Source: a virus | Strand: one strand, 5' to 3' | Length of the DNA stretch: 64,000 nucleotides | IMG/VR virus record: IMGVR_UViG_3300001533_002564 | Location: 1-64,000 of that record | Part shown: positions 37,610-48,075 of the stretch, piece by piece | Numbering within the stretch: the first letter of the stretch is position 1 | Layout: every line of letters begins with the position of its first letter | Notes under the pieces: generated by a model | What the model saw: only the letters and a program-made list of their open reading frames with translations | Told to the model about the DNA's origin: nothing | The model's database searches: none | Made by a program: the position numbers and the translations under genes

Positions 37610-40225
37610 ATGAAAAAACATACATCAGAAGAAGCATATTACGAAAGAATGCGAAATTTAAGTAATATAAATGAAACTTCGATAAAAGAATCTAAAAATC
37701 GTACATTAGGTACTTTAATTGATTACAAAAGAGCACCAGATGGTGTTGCATATGGTATTGTTAAAGAACAACATAAATATTATATTAAAAAAGGTGGTCT
37801 TAATGAAAACTTAAGTATTGCAGATTTTGCTTATATTGGTGGACTACAAAATCTTACTGAATTTCAATATGGTAAATTAGCAGAAGCTGAAAAGCAAAGA
37901 AATATGTTGTTTAATACAATTAATGAAAGTATTTCAACTAAAGTAAGTAAAAACGGTAGTAGAGCAGAAGCAAAAAAAATGTTGACAGAAGATAAAGCTA
38001 GTCAAGAAATTGAAATGGCTACTCAAAAAGTTGATGATTTGGACGCTGCTACTGATGCTGCTCAAGTTCCTGCTGAACCAGAAATACCTCCTGCAGGTAA
38101 AGAAGGTGGTGAAGAAATGGATGCTGGAATTGATGCAATGCCAAATGCTGATGGTGGTGATATGCCTCCTGTTGATACATCTGCTGATGGTGGTGAAGAA
38201 GTTGATGTAGATGTTGATGGTGAAGAAGATAATGGTGAAGGTGAAGAAACTGATAATGGTGAGGGTGAAGAAGGTGAAGCTACAAGGGAAATTGAAAAAA
38301 ATCTTGGTAAATTAACTAACACTTTAAGAAAAACTGAATTAACTGATTCTCAAATTATTTCATATGTTAAAACATTTCTATCTGCATTTAAGGAAAAATT
38401 TCCAGATATCGATATTGAAGATAGAAAAGAAATGGCAGAAAAAATTACAAAAGTAGTTCCACCTGAAGATATTGAAGATTTAGGTCAAAATGTTGAAGAT
38501 ACTGATGGTAGTAAAACAGAACCTGAATTAGCTGAAGAAGAATGTTCAGAATGTGGAGGTTTTGCACAATATGCTGAGTCACGTGGATATGATGCCGATT
38601 CAATTAAAGAATGTGGTGAAGAAGAAATGACTAATTTAATTAGCGGTTATGCTAATGCAAATAGTGAAGGTCAAAATGATGGTGATTTTAAAGTAATTGC
38701 TTTATTTATAACACCTGAAATTATTGAAAAATTAAAAGGTGATTATGGTCATGAAGAATTTGCAAATCAAGTTGAACCGTTTTCAACTGAAATGAATGAA
38801 ACAACAACTGAAGACCGTGATGCTCAAATTAATGAATTATTTGGTGGTCTTAAAAATTTAGCTAAAGATGCTGGTCAAGGTATTAAACGTGGTGCTCAAG
38901 CAGTAGGACAAAAAGTAGGTGATGCTGCAACAGCAGTTAAACAAAGTTATCATACAGGTGAATTACCAAAAGAAGTAAAAAAACTTGAAGGTTTTGCAGC
39001 AAATCTTGGTAAACAAATTGATGCTTTAAATAAAAGAATGAAAAAGGCTGGTAAAGAACCAATTAATGTTCAAAGTATTTTAACAACAATAAAAAATCAA
39101 GTTGCTTCTGGTGGTAGTGCTGATTTAAGTAGATATACCAATGAAGAAGGACTTCCTATTGACCATACTGAAATTCAACCAAATATGGAACTTGAAGAAG
39201 AAAATAGTGAGATGAGTTCAGATAAAATTAATTCAGAAGAAGAATTTAGAGAATATGCTACTACTGTATTAAAAAAAGCACATGGTGATGATTATGATAC
39301 AGATAAAGCAGATTATATGATTAAGGGTTTAGTTAATATGACAAAAGCTAGTGATGAAGAAAATTGGGGAGATGCTATTGGTATCTTACAACAATCACTT
39401 GATGAATCATCACTTGATGAAGATGTTAATATTAAAATTATTGAAAAAGCAGGGAAAAAACTTAGTCCAGATAATACACCTGAAGTAGAAATGAAAGAAA
39501 GTGTTGAAGAGAAAGAAGATGATTTAGATATTGATAATCTTGATATCAGTACTGAAGAAACTCCTGCCAAAGAAACAGAAGATAATTTTTTAGATGTAAG
39601 TAAACATAAAGAACCTGAAATGGATATACATTCTGGATTTGATTCAATGGGTGGTGGTGTTGTAAAACCTGATGGTTCAGAAACAACAACAGTTGAAGTG
39701 ACTAAAGATAGTGTAAATGTTAGCTTAAATGAAAATAAAAAAGATGTTAGTAAAACTGAAAAAAAACTTAGAAAATATATTCGAAATAGACTTGAAGAAC
39801 ATGCTGGTATAAAAAAACCTAGTTTAAATGAGAGTGCAAAATCTAAGGCAATTCAAAAACTTGATAGAGTTATTGATAAACAATTCAAATTATATGAATC
39901 TGAAATTGTTAAAAAAAAAGATAATATAAATGAAATATTTGGTTTTAGTGTTAAAGAAAAATTTCAAAAACTAGACCCAAATGACGCAGAAAGTGTTGAG
40001 AAATTATTTAATTCTACATATAGTAGTGTATTAGGTAGTATGGGTGCAGTAAGAAATGTTGCAAAAAATACACCAACTAATGTTAAATATGATTTAATAA
40101 AAAAATATGTTGAAAATGATGGTGGTACAATAAGATTAAATAATGGACAACTTGCTTATCAACCACAATCACTAAAAGATAAATCAACAACATTTGCTGG
40201 TGGTGGTAGAAGTAGATTAGGATAA
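37610..40225 (+). CDS. Large acidic head-associated protein
   Basis: D/E-rich, late motif upstream, near head genes. Confidence 0.6.
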   Translation: MKKHTSEEAYYERMRNLSNINETSIKESKNRTLGTLIDYKRAPDGVAYGIVKEQHKYYIKKGGLNENLSIADFAYIGGLQNLTEFQYGKLAEAEKQRNMLFNTINESISTKVSKNGSRAEAKKMLTEDKASQEIEMATQKVDDLDAATDAAQVPAEPEIPPAGKEGGEEMDAGIDAMPNADGGDMPPVDTSADGGEEVDVDVDGEEDNGEGEETDNGEGEEGEATREIEKNLGKLTNTLRKTELTDSQIISYVKTFLSAFKEKFPDIDIEDRKEMAEKITKVVPPEDIEDLGQNVEDTDGSKTEPELAEEECSECGGFAQYAESRGYDADSIKECGEEEMTNLISGYANANSEGQNDGDFKVIALFITPEIIEKLKGDYGHEEFANQVEPFSTEMNETTTEDRDAQINELFGGLKNLAKDAGQGIKRGAQAVGQKVGDAATAVKQSYHTGELPKEVKKLEGFAANLGKQIDALNKRMKKAGKEPINVQSILTTIKNQVASGGSADLSRYTNEEGLPIDHTEIQPNMELEEENSEMSSDKINSEEEFREYATTVLKKAHGDDYDTDKADYMIKGLVNMTKASDEENWGDAIGILQQSLDESSLDEDVNIKIIEKAGKKLSPDNTPEVEMKESVEEKEDDLDIDNLDISTEETPAKETEDNFLDVSKHKEPEMDIHSGFDSMGGGVVKPDGSETTTVEVTKDSVNVSLNENKKDVSKTEKKLRKYIRNRLEEHAGIKKPSLNESAKSKAIQKLDRVIDKQFKLYESEIVKKKDNINEIFGFSVKEKFQKLDPNDAESVEKLFNSTYSSVLGSMGAVRNVAKNTPTNVKYDLIKKYVENDGGTIRLNNGQLAYQPQSLKDKSTTFAGGGRSRLG

Positions 40226-40245
40226 TAAAAATAATATTAAAATAT

Positions 40246-40278
40246 AAAAAAACCGAAAATTAATTTTCGGTTTTTTTT
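40246..40278 (+). terminator. Intrinsic terminator
   Basis: AAAAAACCGAAAAT/ATTTTCGGTTTTTTT. Confidence 0.75.
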
Positions 40279-40324
40279 GTAACATATAGTTTAATTAGTC
40301 GTATAATAATAAAAATGATTAATT

Positions 40325-40738
40325 ATGATACATAGAACATTTGAAGGTTTTAAGTTAACAAGAATTTATCTTGGTGGTTCTAAGAAAAAAGAAAAAGATA
40401 TATTTTCAACTGTCCAAGATGTTGAAAATGATTATCTTGCTTGTGATTGGTTAGAATTTAGAAGAATTATTGTAAAATATTGGGACGATATATTACATGT
40501 AATACATTCATGGGAAATTATATTAAAATTAATTACATTATTTTTATTGATATCATCAATATTATTATTTAAATATCAACATACTTCCTTGATATTGTTT
40601 AGTATTTCAATAATCTTTTTTTCTATTTATTCTTATATAAAACAAAGAAGAATTCATATATTAAAAATGTATGGTTTTACATTATCAATAACTAATGATA
40701 AAATAAAAGAATTATTTGGTTTTGATTCATTAGTTTAA
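40325..40738 (+). CDS. Membrane protein
   Basis: Two TM segments; TGTAAC-N16-CGTA upstream (40278-40303). Confidence 0.6.
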   Translation: MIHRTFEGFKLTRIYLGGSKKKEKDIFSTVQDVENDYLACDWLEFRRIIVKYWDDILHVIHSWEIILKLITLFLLISSILLFKYQHTSLILFSISIIFFSIYSYIKQRRIHILKMYGFTLSITNDKIKELFGFDSLV

Positions 40739-40760
40739 GTATTTATATTAAAATCATATT

Positions 40761-41246
40761 ATGGATTACGATGAAAAAAATTTAAAGCTAATTTATGTAT
40801 TAAAAATTGGTTATAATGCAAAAGATGAAGGATTATATGAATTTATTTTTTCATTAGACCCAGAAAATATTGAAGTTGAAGATTGGTGCTGGGATTTAAG
40901 TCCTGCGTGTGACAATGTGTTACCACCAACTGAAAATTATATTAATGGTATTTTTAATTTAAAAACAAGTTCATTTGATTTATTCTGTTTGCATGAAGCT
41001 GTTGATAGAGAATATATGCATGGTTATCATACAATTCATGCATTAGCTTATGAAATTGAGAAAGAAGATGATAGTCCAGCACCTTTTAGTGATTATGAAA
41101 GTATGTTCGAAAACAATAATGATGATATTCCATTATTAGTTTTTCATTATGGTATGACGCTTGAGAAAGTTAAGAATCTATTAATTTCAAGAAAGATGAT
41201 TTTAAAAAACAATAGTTTTGTTGAAACTTCATCAATTGAATTATAA
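40761..41246 (+). CDS. Hypothetical protein
   Basis: ORF track, late motif upstream. Confidence 0.65.
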   Translation: MDYDEKNLKLIYVLKIGYNAKDEGLYEFIFSLDPENIEVEDWCWDLSPACDNVLPPTENYINGIFNLKTSSFDLFCLHEAVDREYMHGYHTIHALAYEIEKEDDSPAPFSDYESMFENNNDDIPLLVFHYGMTLEKVKNLLISRKMILKNNSFVETSSIEL

Positions 41247-41388
41247 TTACTAATCTTATTATATAAAAAATTTAAATATTCAATAATTAAGTTCATCTTG
41301 CCGTTCAGAAGAAGGAAATCGAAACACGATATATTAAAATATATGTCGTGTTTTGCTATTTATAGTATTTATTTATAAATATTTATAA

Positions 41389-43809
41389 ATGACTGACGAA
41401 CTTGATATTAATTTAGATTCTTCTGAAAAAAATGATGTTAGTTTAAATCTTAATTTAAATGAACAATCTAAAAGTGATGATTCTAATTTTCCAGAACACA
41501 TTCCTTTAATACCTATTGATACACAAAGACAACAAGAAAAGGATGATGCAAGAAAATTAGCTAAAAAATTAAAAAAACAAGGAAAGATTCAACCAATTAT
41601 CATCACAAAAACTCGTGGTGTTAAAAAGGTTAGTGAATTAAATTTTACTGAACAAGAAGATGAAATTCTTCGTTGTGCAATGAATCCAATTTATTTCATT
41701 GAAACATATTTAACAATTTTTGACCAAACACAAGGTGTTTCTGGTACAATTGTACCATTTAAATTATTTGACTTTCAAAAAGATTTAATTAAATCATATC
41801 AAAACCATCGATTTGTTGTTGCTAATAAATATCGTCAGGCTGGTGTTAGTACAACAACATGTGCATATATTGCTTGGTATATAATGTTTAATCGAAATAG
41901 ACAAGTTGCAATTGTTGCTGATAAATTAGAAACAGCCACTGGTGAATTAATGAGTGATGTTGTTGATTTTATTGATAGTTGTCCTGCGTGGCTTAGACCT
42001 AAAACTGGTAGAAATACTGAAAAGAATTTAAAAGATACTCAAAAACTTAAAATATATGATAATGATTCAAAATTAGGTGCATTCGCATCTAAAAGTTTAC
42101 GTGGTTATACACCAACATTATTATTTTGGGATGAAACTGCATGGGCAGAAAAAGGAAATGAATTTTGGACAGCAGCTTTACCATCATTAGTTACTGGTGG
42201 TCGTGCAATAATGGTTAGTACGCCTTCAGGACTTGATGCTGTTTTCTACAAAACATTTGATGGTGCAAGAAAAAATGAAAATAATTTCCATGCAGTTGAA
42301 CTTTGGTGGTATAATGACCCAAGATATAATAAAGACTTGGTTTGGTTAAAAAATAAAGGTAAGAAAAATGAAATTACATTAGAAGATAATGGTAGGTCTC
42401 ATGAACAAAGAAAACAATTAGTTGAAGATGGTTGGGAAGCAAGTAACGCTTGGTTTGATATACAAGTGCGTAATGCTAATGGTGATATGCGTAAAGTTGC
42501 ACAAGAGTTATTGTGTGTTTATGGTAATGCATCATTAACTATTAGAAATAAAAAAACTGGTGAAATTGGAAAAATTAGTATTGAAAATTTATATAAAAAA
42601 TTAAAAGAGCAAAACAATTCTTCTGAGTATTTATATAAAAGTAAATTTATGAATAAAATAAAATTATTAAATAAGATATTATCGATTAATATTGAAAAAT
42701 ATAGAATAAAAGGTGGGTTATCAATGTTTAATAAAGATTTTCCAAATTTAATTAATGTAGTTAATGAATATACTAAAGACATGCAAATATGTTCCATGAA
42801 TAAAACATTATATGCAAAATTATTATTTTTAAAAAAATATTATTGTAATATTAACAATATCACAATAAATGATAAAATAATGGTTTTTGATAGAACCATA
42901 GGAGATTTTATTGAAAAATCAGATAACTCAGCAAAAAAATATTGGGATAATATAAATCAAACTATAAAAAACACCAATAAATTTTATACTAAAGAAGAAA
43001 CAATTGAACTCTTAAAAAATGATTATAAAAATTATTTAGGAAAATCAGGTAATAGAAAATTAATTTCCAAAGATATTAATTTATATTGTAGTGTTTATCA
43101 TCACACCAAACACATGGATAATTTAAATAAAAATTTAAATAAATTTTCATATAGATTATTAATTTTAATTAATAATGTTAATATTTATTGTGAAAAACAC
43201 AATAAATTAAAACATTGGAAGTTCAATGCAGATAATGAATTGGTTATCGGGTGTGCACAATGTGAGCCTAAATATCCATCAAAAAATTGGTTTAAATTAA
43301 AATTTGGTGATGATTGGAGAAAGCATTATGAATTTAGAAAAAATAAGGTTAAATTAAATAAAACAAATAGTTTAGAATGGCATATTAATAAATATGGTGA
43401 TGTAGGCATTGAAAAATATGAAAAATATGTTTTAAAAAAAATGAAGACATTAACTAAATTAAAAGCAAATCGATATAGTAAAATTTCTCAAGAATTATTT
43501 TGGGAGTTATATGATTCAATTCCAGATAAAGAAGACACATATTTCCATAATTTAAATCATGAATATGTTATCCGAATACCAAAGAAATATAATCACGAAA
43601 ATATAATAATGATGATAGATTTTAAACATAAAAATAAAATTATTGAATATAATGGAAATTATTGGCATAATAAAGAAAAGAATAATATTAGATATTCAAT
43701 TTTAAGAAAGATGGGTTATCAAATACTAATTATTACATCTGACGATTATAATCGAAATAAAAAACCTAAAGAAATTATCAATAAATGTCTTAAATTTTTA
43801 ACATGTTAA
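41389..43809 (+). CDS. terL: Terminase large subunit N-part (ATPase) plus N-intein plus in-frame Vsr-like endonuclease
   Basis: KYRQAGVST, FWDETA, VSTPSG, QELL|CVYG; later IDFK...IIEYNGNYWH. Confidence 0.88.
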   Translation: MTDELDINLDSSEKNDVSLNLNLNEQSKSDDSNFPEHIPLIPIDTQRQQEKDDARKLAKKLKKQGKIQPIIITKTRGVKKVSELNFTEQEDEILRCAMNPIYFIETYLTIFDQTQGVSGTIVPFKLFDFQKDLIKSYQNHRFVVANKYRQAGVSTTTCAYIAWYIMFNRNRQVAIVADKLETATGELMSDVVDFIDSCPAWLRPKTGRNTEKNLKDTQKLKIYDNDSKLGAFASKSLRGYTPTLLFWDETAWAEKGNEFWTAALPSLVTGGRAIMVSTPSGLDAVFYKTFDGARKNENNFHAVELWWYNDPRYNKDLVWLKNKGKKNEITLEDNGRSHEQRKQLVEDGWEASNAWFDIQVRNANGDMRKVAQELLCVYGNASLTIRNKKTGEIGKISIENLYKKLKEQNNSSEYLYKSKFMNKIKLLNKILSINIEKYRIKGGLSMFNKDFPNLINVVNEYTKDMQICSMNKTLYAKLLFLKKYYCNINNITINDKIMVFDRTIGDFIEKSDNSAKKYWDNINQTIKNTNKFYTKEETIELLKNDYKNYLGKSGNRKLISKDINLYCSVYHHTKHMDNLNKNLNKFSYRLLILINNVNIYCEKHNKLKHWKFNADNELVIGCAQCEPKYPSKNWFKLKFGDDWRKHYEFRKNKVKLNKTNSLEWHINKYGDVGIEKYEKYVLKKMKTLTKLKANRYSKISQELFWELYDSIPDKEDTYFHNLNHEYVIRIPKKYNHENIIMMIDFKHKNKIIEYNGNYWHNKEKNNIRYSILRKMGYQILIITSDDYNRNKKPKEIINKCLKFLTC

Positions 43810-44126
43810 TAAATACCGATTTTGAAATATTAAATTCGTCAGGTGAGTTCGTTGATTTTGCAGGTATTAGTAAAACAAAAAAAGATATCGCATATAAGAT
43901 TACTCTTGAAAATGATGATACAATTATTGTTAGTGAAGACCATGTATTTATTGCAGGTAATGTTAATGTTTTTGTTAAATCTATTGTACCTTACGTATCA
44001 TATTTAACTACAACTGATGGTGATTTTTTTGTTAAATCAATTGAGATTGTTGATGGGTGTGATTTTTATGATGTGATTGATACTGAAAATGCTGAATATT
44101 TTGCAAATAATATATTAAATCATAAT
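42514..44126 (+). mobile_element. Atypically split intein with intervening endonuclease
   Basis: IntN of about 31 aa from 42514; IntC of 108 aa at 43803-44126. Confidence 0.85.
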
Positions 44127-45104
44127 TGTTCTTTCCTTGGTTCAGGTGATAACTTTATTGCTAAAGAATATCTTAAAAGAATTCAAGATAATGAAATTTT
44201 ACCACCAATACGTCAAGAATATGTTGATAATAATATGTGGATTTGGGAAGAACCTGTTGTTGGAGAGAATTATATAATGGCAATGGATGCTTCACCGGGT
44301 CATGGAGAAGATTTTTCAACATTAAATATGTTAAAAACTGTTGAAATTATTGAAGAAAAAGTTATTAATAAAAATGGTAAAATAAAAAAAGTAAAAATTA
44401 AACGACATAAAGTAGAACAGGTCGCTGAATATTATGGTAAAATAAGTCCACAATTACTTGCAGAAATTGCATATCAATATGGTAAAAGATATAATAATGC
44501 ATATGCTGTTATTGATATTACTGGTGGTCATGGTGTCCATACTGTTGAAAAGTTGCTTGAAATTGGTTATGATAATGTGCATCATGCTGAAATAACACAT
44601 AAACCTACTAGAGATAGATTACAAGGTTATATCAAAAAAGGTCAAAAAACTATGTCTGATGGTGCTATATCGGCTGTTGATTTAATTCCCGGGTTTTACA
44701 TCGGTAATAATCGTCCATCAATTTTACTTGAGATGCAAAGAGCAATTCATTTAGAAGATGTTATTATTAGGTCAAGTAGATTATTATCTGAATTAAAAAC
44801 ATTTATTACTGTCCCCGGAAATCGTGTAGCTGATCATAAACGTACATTTCATGATGATAGTATAATGGGTTTGGCAATTGGTTTATTTGTATTAAATTTT
44901 GATATGGCTAAATTCAAACAAAATAGAGGTATTAATGAAAAAATGATTAAAGGCATTCTTACCTTAAATGATATTGATGAAATAGGGAAAAATATAAAAA
45001 ATTTAAAGAAACCAATGTTTGATAGAGATGAAGCAAATCCTCTAAATCCGTATGGTGCAAACTCATGGTTATTTAAAGAAATTAAAGAAACAAATAAAAG
45101 ATAA
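43803..45104 (+). CDS. terL: C-intein plus terminase large subunit C-part (nuclease)
   Basis: VSEDH...YDV...LNHN|CSFLGSG; MDASPGHGEDFS; HDDSIM. Confidence 0.88.
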   Translation: MLINTDFEILNSSGEFVDFAGISKTKKDIAYKITLENDDTIIVSEDHVFIAGNVNVFVKSIVPYVSYLTTTDGDFFVKSIEIVDGCDFYDVIDTENAEYFANNILNHNCSFLGSGDNFIAKEYLKRIQDNEILPPIRQEYVDNNMWIWEEPVVGENYIMAMDASPGHGEDFSTLNMLKTVEIIEEKVINKNGKIKKVKIKRHKVEQVAEYYGKISPQLLAEIAYQYGKRYNNAYAVIDITGGHGVHTVEKLLEIGYDNVHHAEITHKPTRDRLQGYIKKGQKTMSDGAISAVDLIPGFYIGNNRPSILLEMQRAIHLEDVIIRSSRLLSELKTFITVPGNRVADHKRTFHDDSIMGLAIGLFVLNFDMAKFKQNRGINEKMIKGILTLNDIDEIGKNIKNLKKPMFDRDEANPLNPYGANSWLFKEIKETNKR

Positions 45105-45175
45105 TTTGTATTTATATTTAACTGACTTTTCCAAAATATTAAAGTATTTATAAAAAACTATAAAAAATTATAAAA

Positions 45176-47161
45176 ATGGCTGCCGAAAAAGAAAATAAAG
45201 GAACAATATACCAACAATTAAATAAGATGTTAAATCTTGATGGTTTTGGTCATCAAGAAGCATCACCAATTGCACCTGTAGCAAGTCCTGATAAATCAAA
45301 GATTGTTATTAAAGGGAATAGTCCTGAAGAAATACATAGAAAAGGATTAGAATTAGAACAAAAACGTGAACTTCAAAGTAAATTTTTCCGTACAACAGAT
45401 AGGGGATTTCAAAAAGCACTTCAATATGAAGCAGCAAGACTTCCAGCATATATTGATTATGAAGGTATGGAGTATTATCCAATAATTAGTAGTGCATTGG
45501 ATTTATTTATGGAAGAAGCAACTAGTATTGGTTTGAACGGTAAAATGATGAATATTTATTGCAATAAAGAAAGAATAAAACTATTATTAGAAGAATTCTT
45601 TTATGATATTGTAAATGTTAATGTTAATTTACCTTTCTGGGTAAGAAATGTTTGTAAATATGGTGATAATTTTGTTTTATTATATGGTGAACGTAAAAAA
45701 GGTATTACTCACGTAAAACAGTTGGTTAATTACGAAATTGAACGATTTGAAAGAATTCAAGACGGTAAACCAATGGTTAAGTTTAAAGAAAGAATGACTG
45801 GTGACGAATTTAATGTATTTGAAATTGCTCATTTTAGACTATTAGGTGATGATAAATATTTACCCTATGGTTCATCATTATTGAATAAGGTGCGTAGAGT
45901 ATTTCGTCAATTAGTAATGGCTGAAGATGCTATGCTTACTTATCGTATTATTCGTGCAGGTGAGAAAAAAGTATTTAAAATTGATGTTGGAAATATTGAT
46001 GAAGACGATATTGAAGATTACATCTATAAAGTTGCAACAACTTTTAAGAAAAAAGCACAAGTACAGCCAAATGATGGTCAAATTGATTATCGTTTTAATA
46101 TATTAGGTAATGATGAAGATTACTTTTTGCCTGTAAGAAATGCCAATACCGAAACAGGTATTGAAACGCTTCCGGGTGCTTCGAATCTTGACCAAATACA
46201 CGATATTGAATATCTTAGAGATAATTTATTTATTGGTCTTGGTATCCCTAAACCATTTTTAAGTTTTCAAGATGCCACTGGTGGTGGAAAAAATATGGCA
46301 CAATACGATATTAGATTTGCAAAAAAAATTAATCGTATTCAACAAGCAATGATTCAGGAACTTAATAAAATGGCGATGGTTCATCTTTATTTATTAGGTT
46401 ATAGTGGTGAAGATTTAAGTAGTTTTTCAATAACATTAACAAATCCTAGTACACAACAAGAATTATTGAAATCAGAATTACTTCGTGATAAAGCACAAAC
46501 ATATACTGAATTAACTCGTGGTGAAGGAGGTATTGCAGCAATGTCACATACAACAGCAAAACGTATGATTTTCAATATGAGCGATAGAGAAATTGTTGAT
46601 GATTTGAAACAACAAAAAATGGAAAAAGTTGTTATGCAGGAATTACAAGATTCTCCAGTTACAATTAAGAAATCTGGTTTATTTACTGATATTGACAAGA
46701 GATTTGGTGAACCTATTGAAGATATGCCACTTACTGGTGATACTCAAGGTGGAATGCCACCAGAAGAAGGTGGTGAAGAAGGTGAAATGCCACCATTAGG
46801 TGGTGGTGCTCCTCCTGCTCCTGTAGGTGGTGAAGAAGGTGAAATGCCACCATTAGGTGGTGGTGCTCCTGTTGGTAGTGGTGCTCCACCTATGATGGAA
46901 AATATGAGCGAAGATGAATACATTAAACAAGTAGAGAAATTAGTTTATGGTAGTCCACAAGAACCTGAAAAAGATAAACAAGTTAAAGAAAAAGAAATAA
47001 TTCAAGAAAATAATAATATTAATGATAAATTAAATAAAGGTGCTGAAAATATGATTAATGAGATTGATATTTTATTAAAATCAACTGAAAGCATTAATAA
47101 AACAGAAAAAATAAACGAAACTCAAGATATTGATATTGAAAATATTGACTTAGAAGAATAA
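45176..47161 (+). CDS. Portal protein (T4 gp20-like)
   Basis: EDAMLTYRIIRA, FKIDVGN, EDYFLP, IETLPG. Confidence 0.92.
   Translation: MAAEKENKGTIYQQLNKMLNLDGFGHQEASPIAPVASPDKSKIVIKGNSPEEIHRKGLELEQKRELQSKFFRTTDRGFQKALQYEAARLPAYIDYEGMEYYPIISSALDLFMEEATSIGLNGKMMNIYCNKERIKLLLEEFFYDIVNVNVNLPFWVRNVCKYGDNFVLLYGERKKGITHVKQLVNYEIERFERIQDGKPMVKFKERMTGDEFNVFEIAHFRLLGDDKYLPYGSSLLNKVRRVFRQLVMAEDAMLTYRIIRAGEKKVFKIDVGNIDEDDIEDYIYKVATTFKKKAQVQPNDGQIDYRFNILGNDEDYFLPVRNANTETGIETLPGASNLDQIHDIEYLRDNLFIGLGIPKPFLSFQDATGGGKNMAQYDIRFAKKINRIQQAMIQELNKMAMVHLYLLGYSGEDLSSFSITLTNPSTQQELLKSELLRDKAQTYTELTRGEGGIAAMSHTTAKRMIFNMSDREIVDDLKQQKMEKVVMQELQDSPVTIKKSGLFTDIDKRFGEPIEDMPLTGDTQGGMPPEEGGEEGEMPPLGGGAPPAPVGGEEGEMPPLGGGAPVGSGAPPMMENMSEDEYIKQVEKLVYGSPQEPEKDKQVKEKEIIQENNNINDKLNKGAENMINEIDILLKSTESINKTEKINETQDIDIENIDLEE
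46769..46870 (+). repeat. 45-bp direct repeat x2 in the portal tail
   Basis: Encodes GGEEGEMPPLGGGAP twice. Confidence 0.8.
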
Positions 47162-47241
47162 TTCAAGTATTTATTAATAAATTACATGAAATAAATATTT
47201 GTAATTAATAATAGTATTTATATTAAATCAAATTATATAAT

Positions 47242-48021
47242 ATGAAAAACATCAACATAGGAATTGCTAATATAATAATTTCTAATAAATTAAATGAATC
47301 ATATCTAAATGATAAATTAATTGAAGAATCAAAAAAAATCGCATTTGATTTTTTTGATGTCATAAAAAAATCACCTGTTCTTCAATTAGAATTTAAAGTG
47401 TTTAATAATATTGAAAGTAAACACATAGATAATGATATTTTCGCTAAAGAATATATTGATAATAATATTAAATTATTTGAAGTTTATACTATTGATGAAA
47501 TTATTAAGGAACGTCAAAAATTAAATAAATTCATTAATGAAGATATTCTAAATGAAGATGATGAAAAGGTTCAATTATATAATGCAATTAATAATCTAAT
47601 TGATGAATCATTAAAAACTAATGATGATGTTGATGTTGATAAAATTCATGAATCATTTACATTCGTTTTTAATTATATTAAAACTCCAAAGAAAGCATTA
47701 CTTGAAAATGTTGATGTCGAAGAAATAAATGAAGATGTTATTGAAATTGCTGTTAGTAAATTTAACGAAAAATATGAAAGTCTTGATGAAGGTGATAAAG
47801 AATTATTAAAAACACTAATTAAAGCAAGTACTAAGGAAAAAAAATCATTACTTGAAACTTATAAGAAAGACACACTCAATATTTTAGAAGGAATTGATAA
47901 AGCTAATATTCAAGACAATATTCAGAAAGCAATTGAGAAAATAAAAGAAATGGTTTATAATCAAAAAAATGTTGATGATAATATTATTGGACTCCATGAT
48001 TTGAAGAAGGAATTATTATAA
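47242..48021 (+). CDS. Head-module hypothetical protein
   Basis: Position after portal. Confidence 0.65.
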   Translation: MKNINIGIANIIISNKLNESYLNDKLIEESKKIAFDFFDVIKKSPVLQLEFKVFNNIESKHIDNDIFAKEYIDNNIKLFEVYTIDEIIKERQKLNKFINEDILNEDDEKVQLYNAINNLIDESLKTNDDVDVDKIHESFTFVFNYIKTPKKALLENVDVEEINEDVIEIAVSKFNEKYESLDEGDKELLKTLIKASTKEKKSLLETYKKDTLNILEGIDKANIQDNIQKAIEKIKEMVYNQKNVDDNIIGLHDLKKELL

Positions 48022-48039
48022 ATTAATAAACGTTTTAAT

Positions 48040-48073
48040 AAAAAAGGTATGTATTATATTACATACCTTTTTT
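48040..48073. terminator. Bidirectional terminator
   Basis: AAAAAAGGTATGTA...TACATACCTTTTTT between convergent genes. Confidence 0.75.
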
Positions 48074-48075
48074 AT

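Noticed and set aside
46769-46870. Direct repeat in portal as a regulatory or mobile element
   Set aside because: In-frame low-complexity linker duplication
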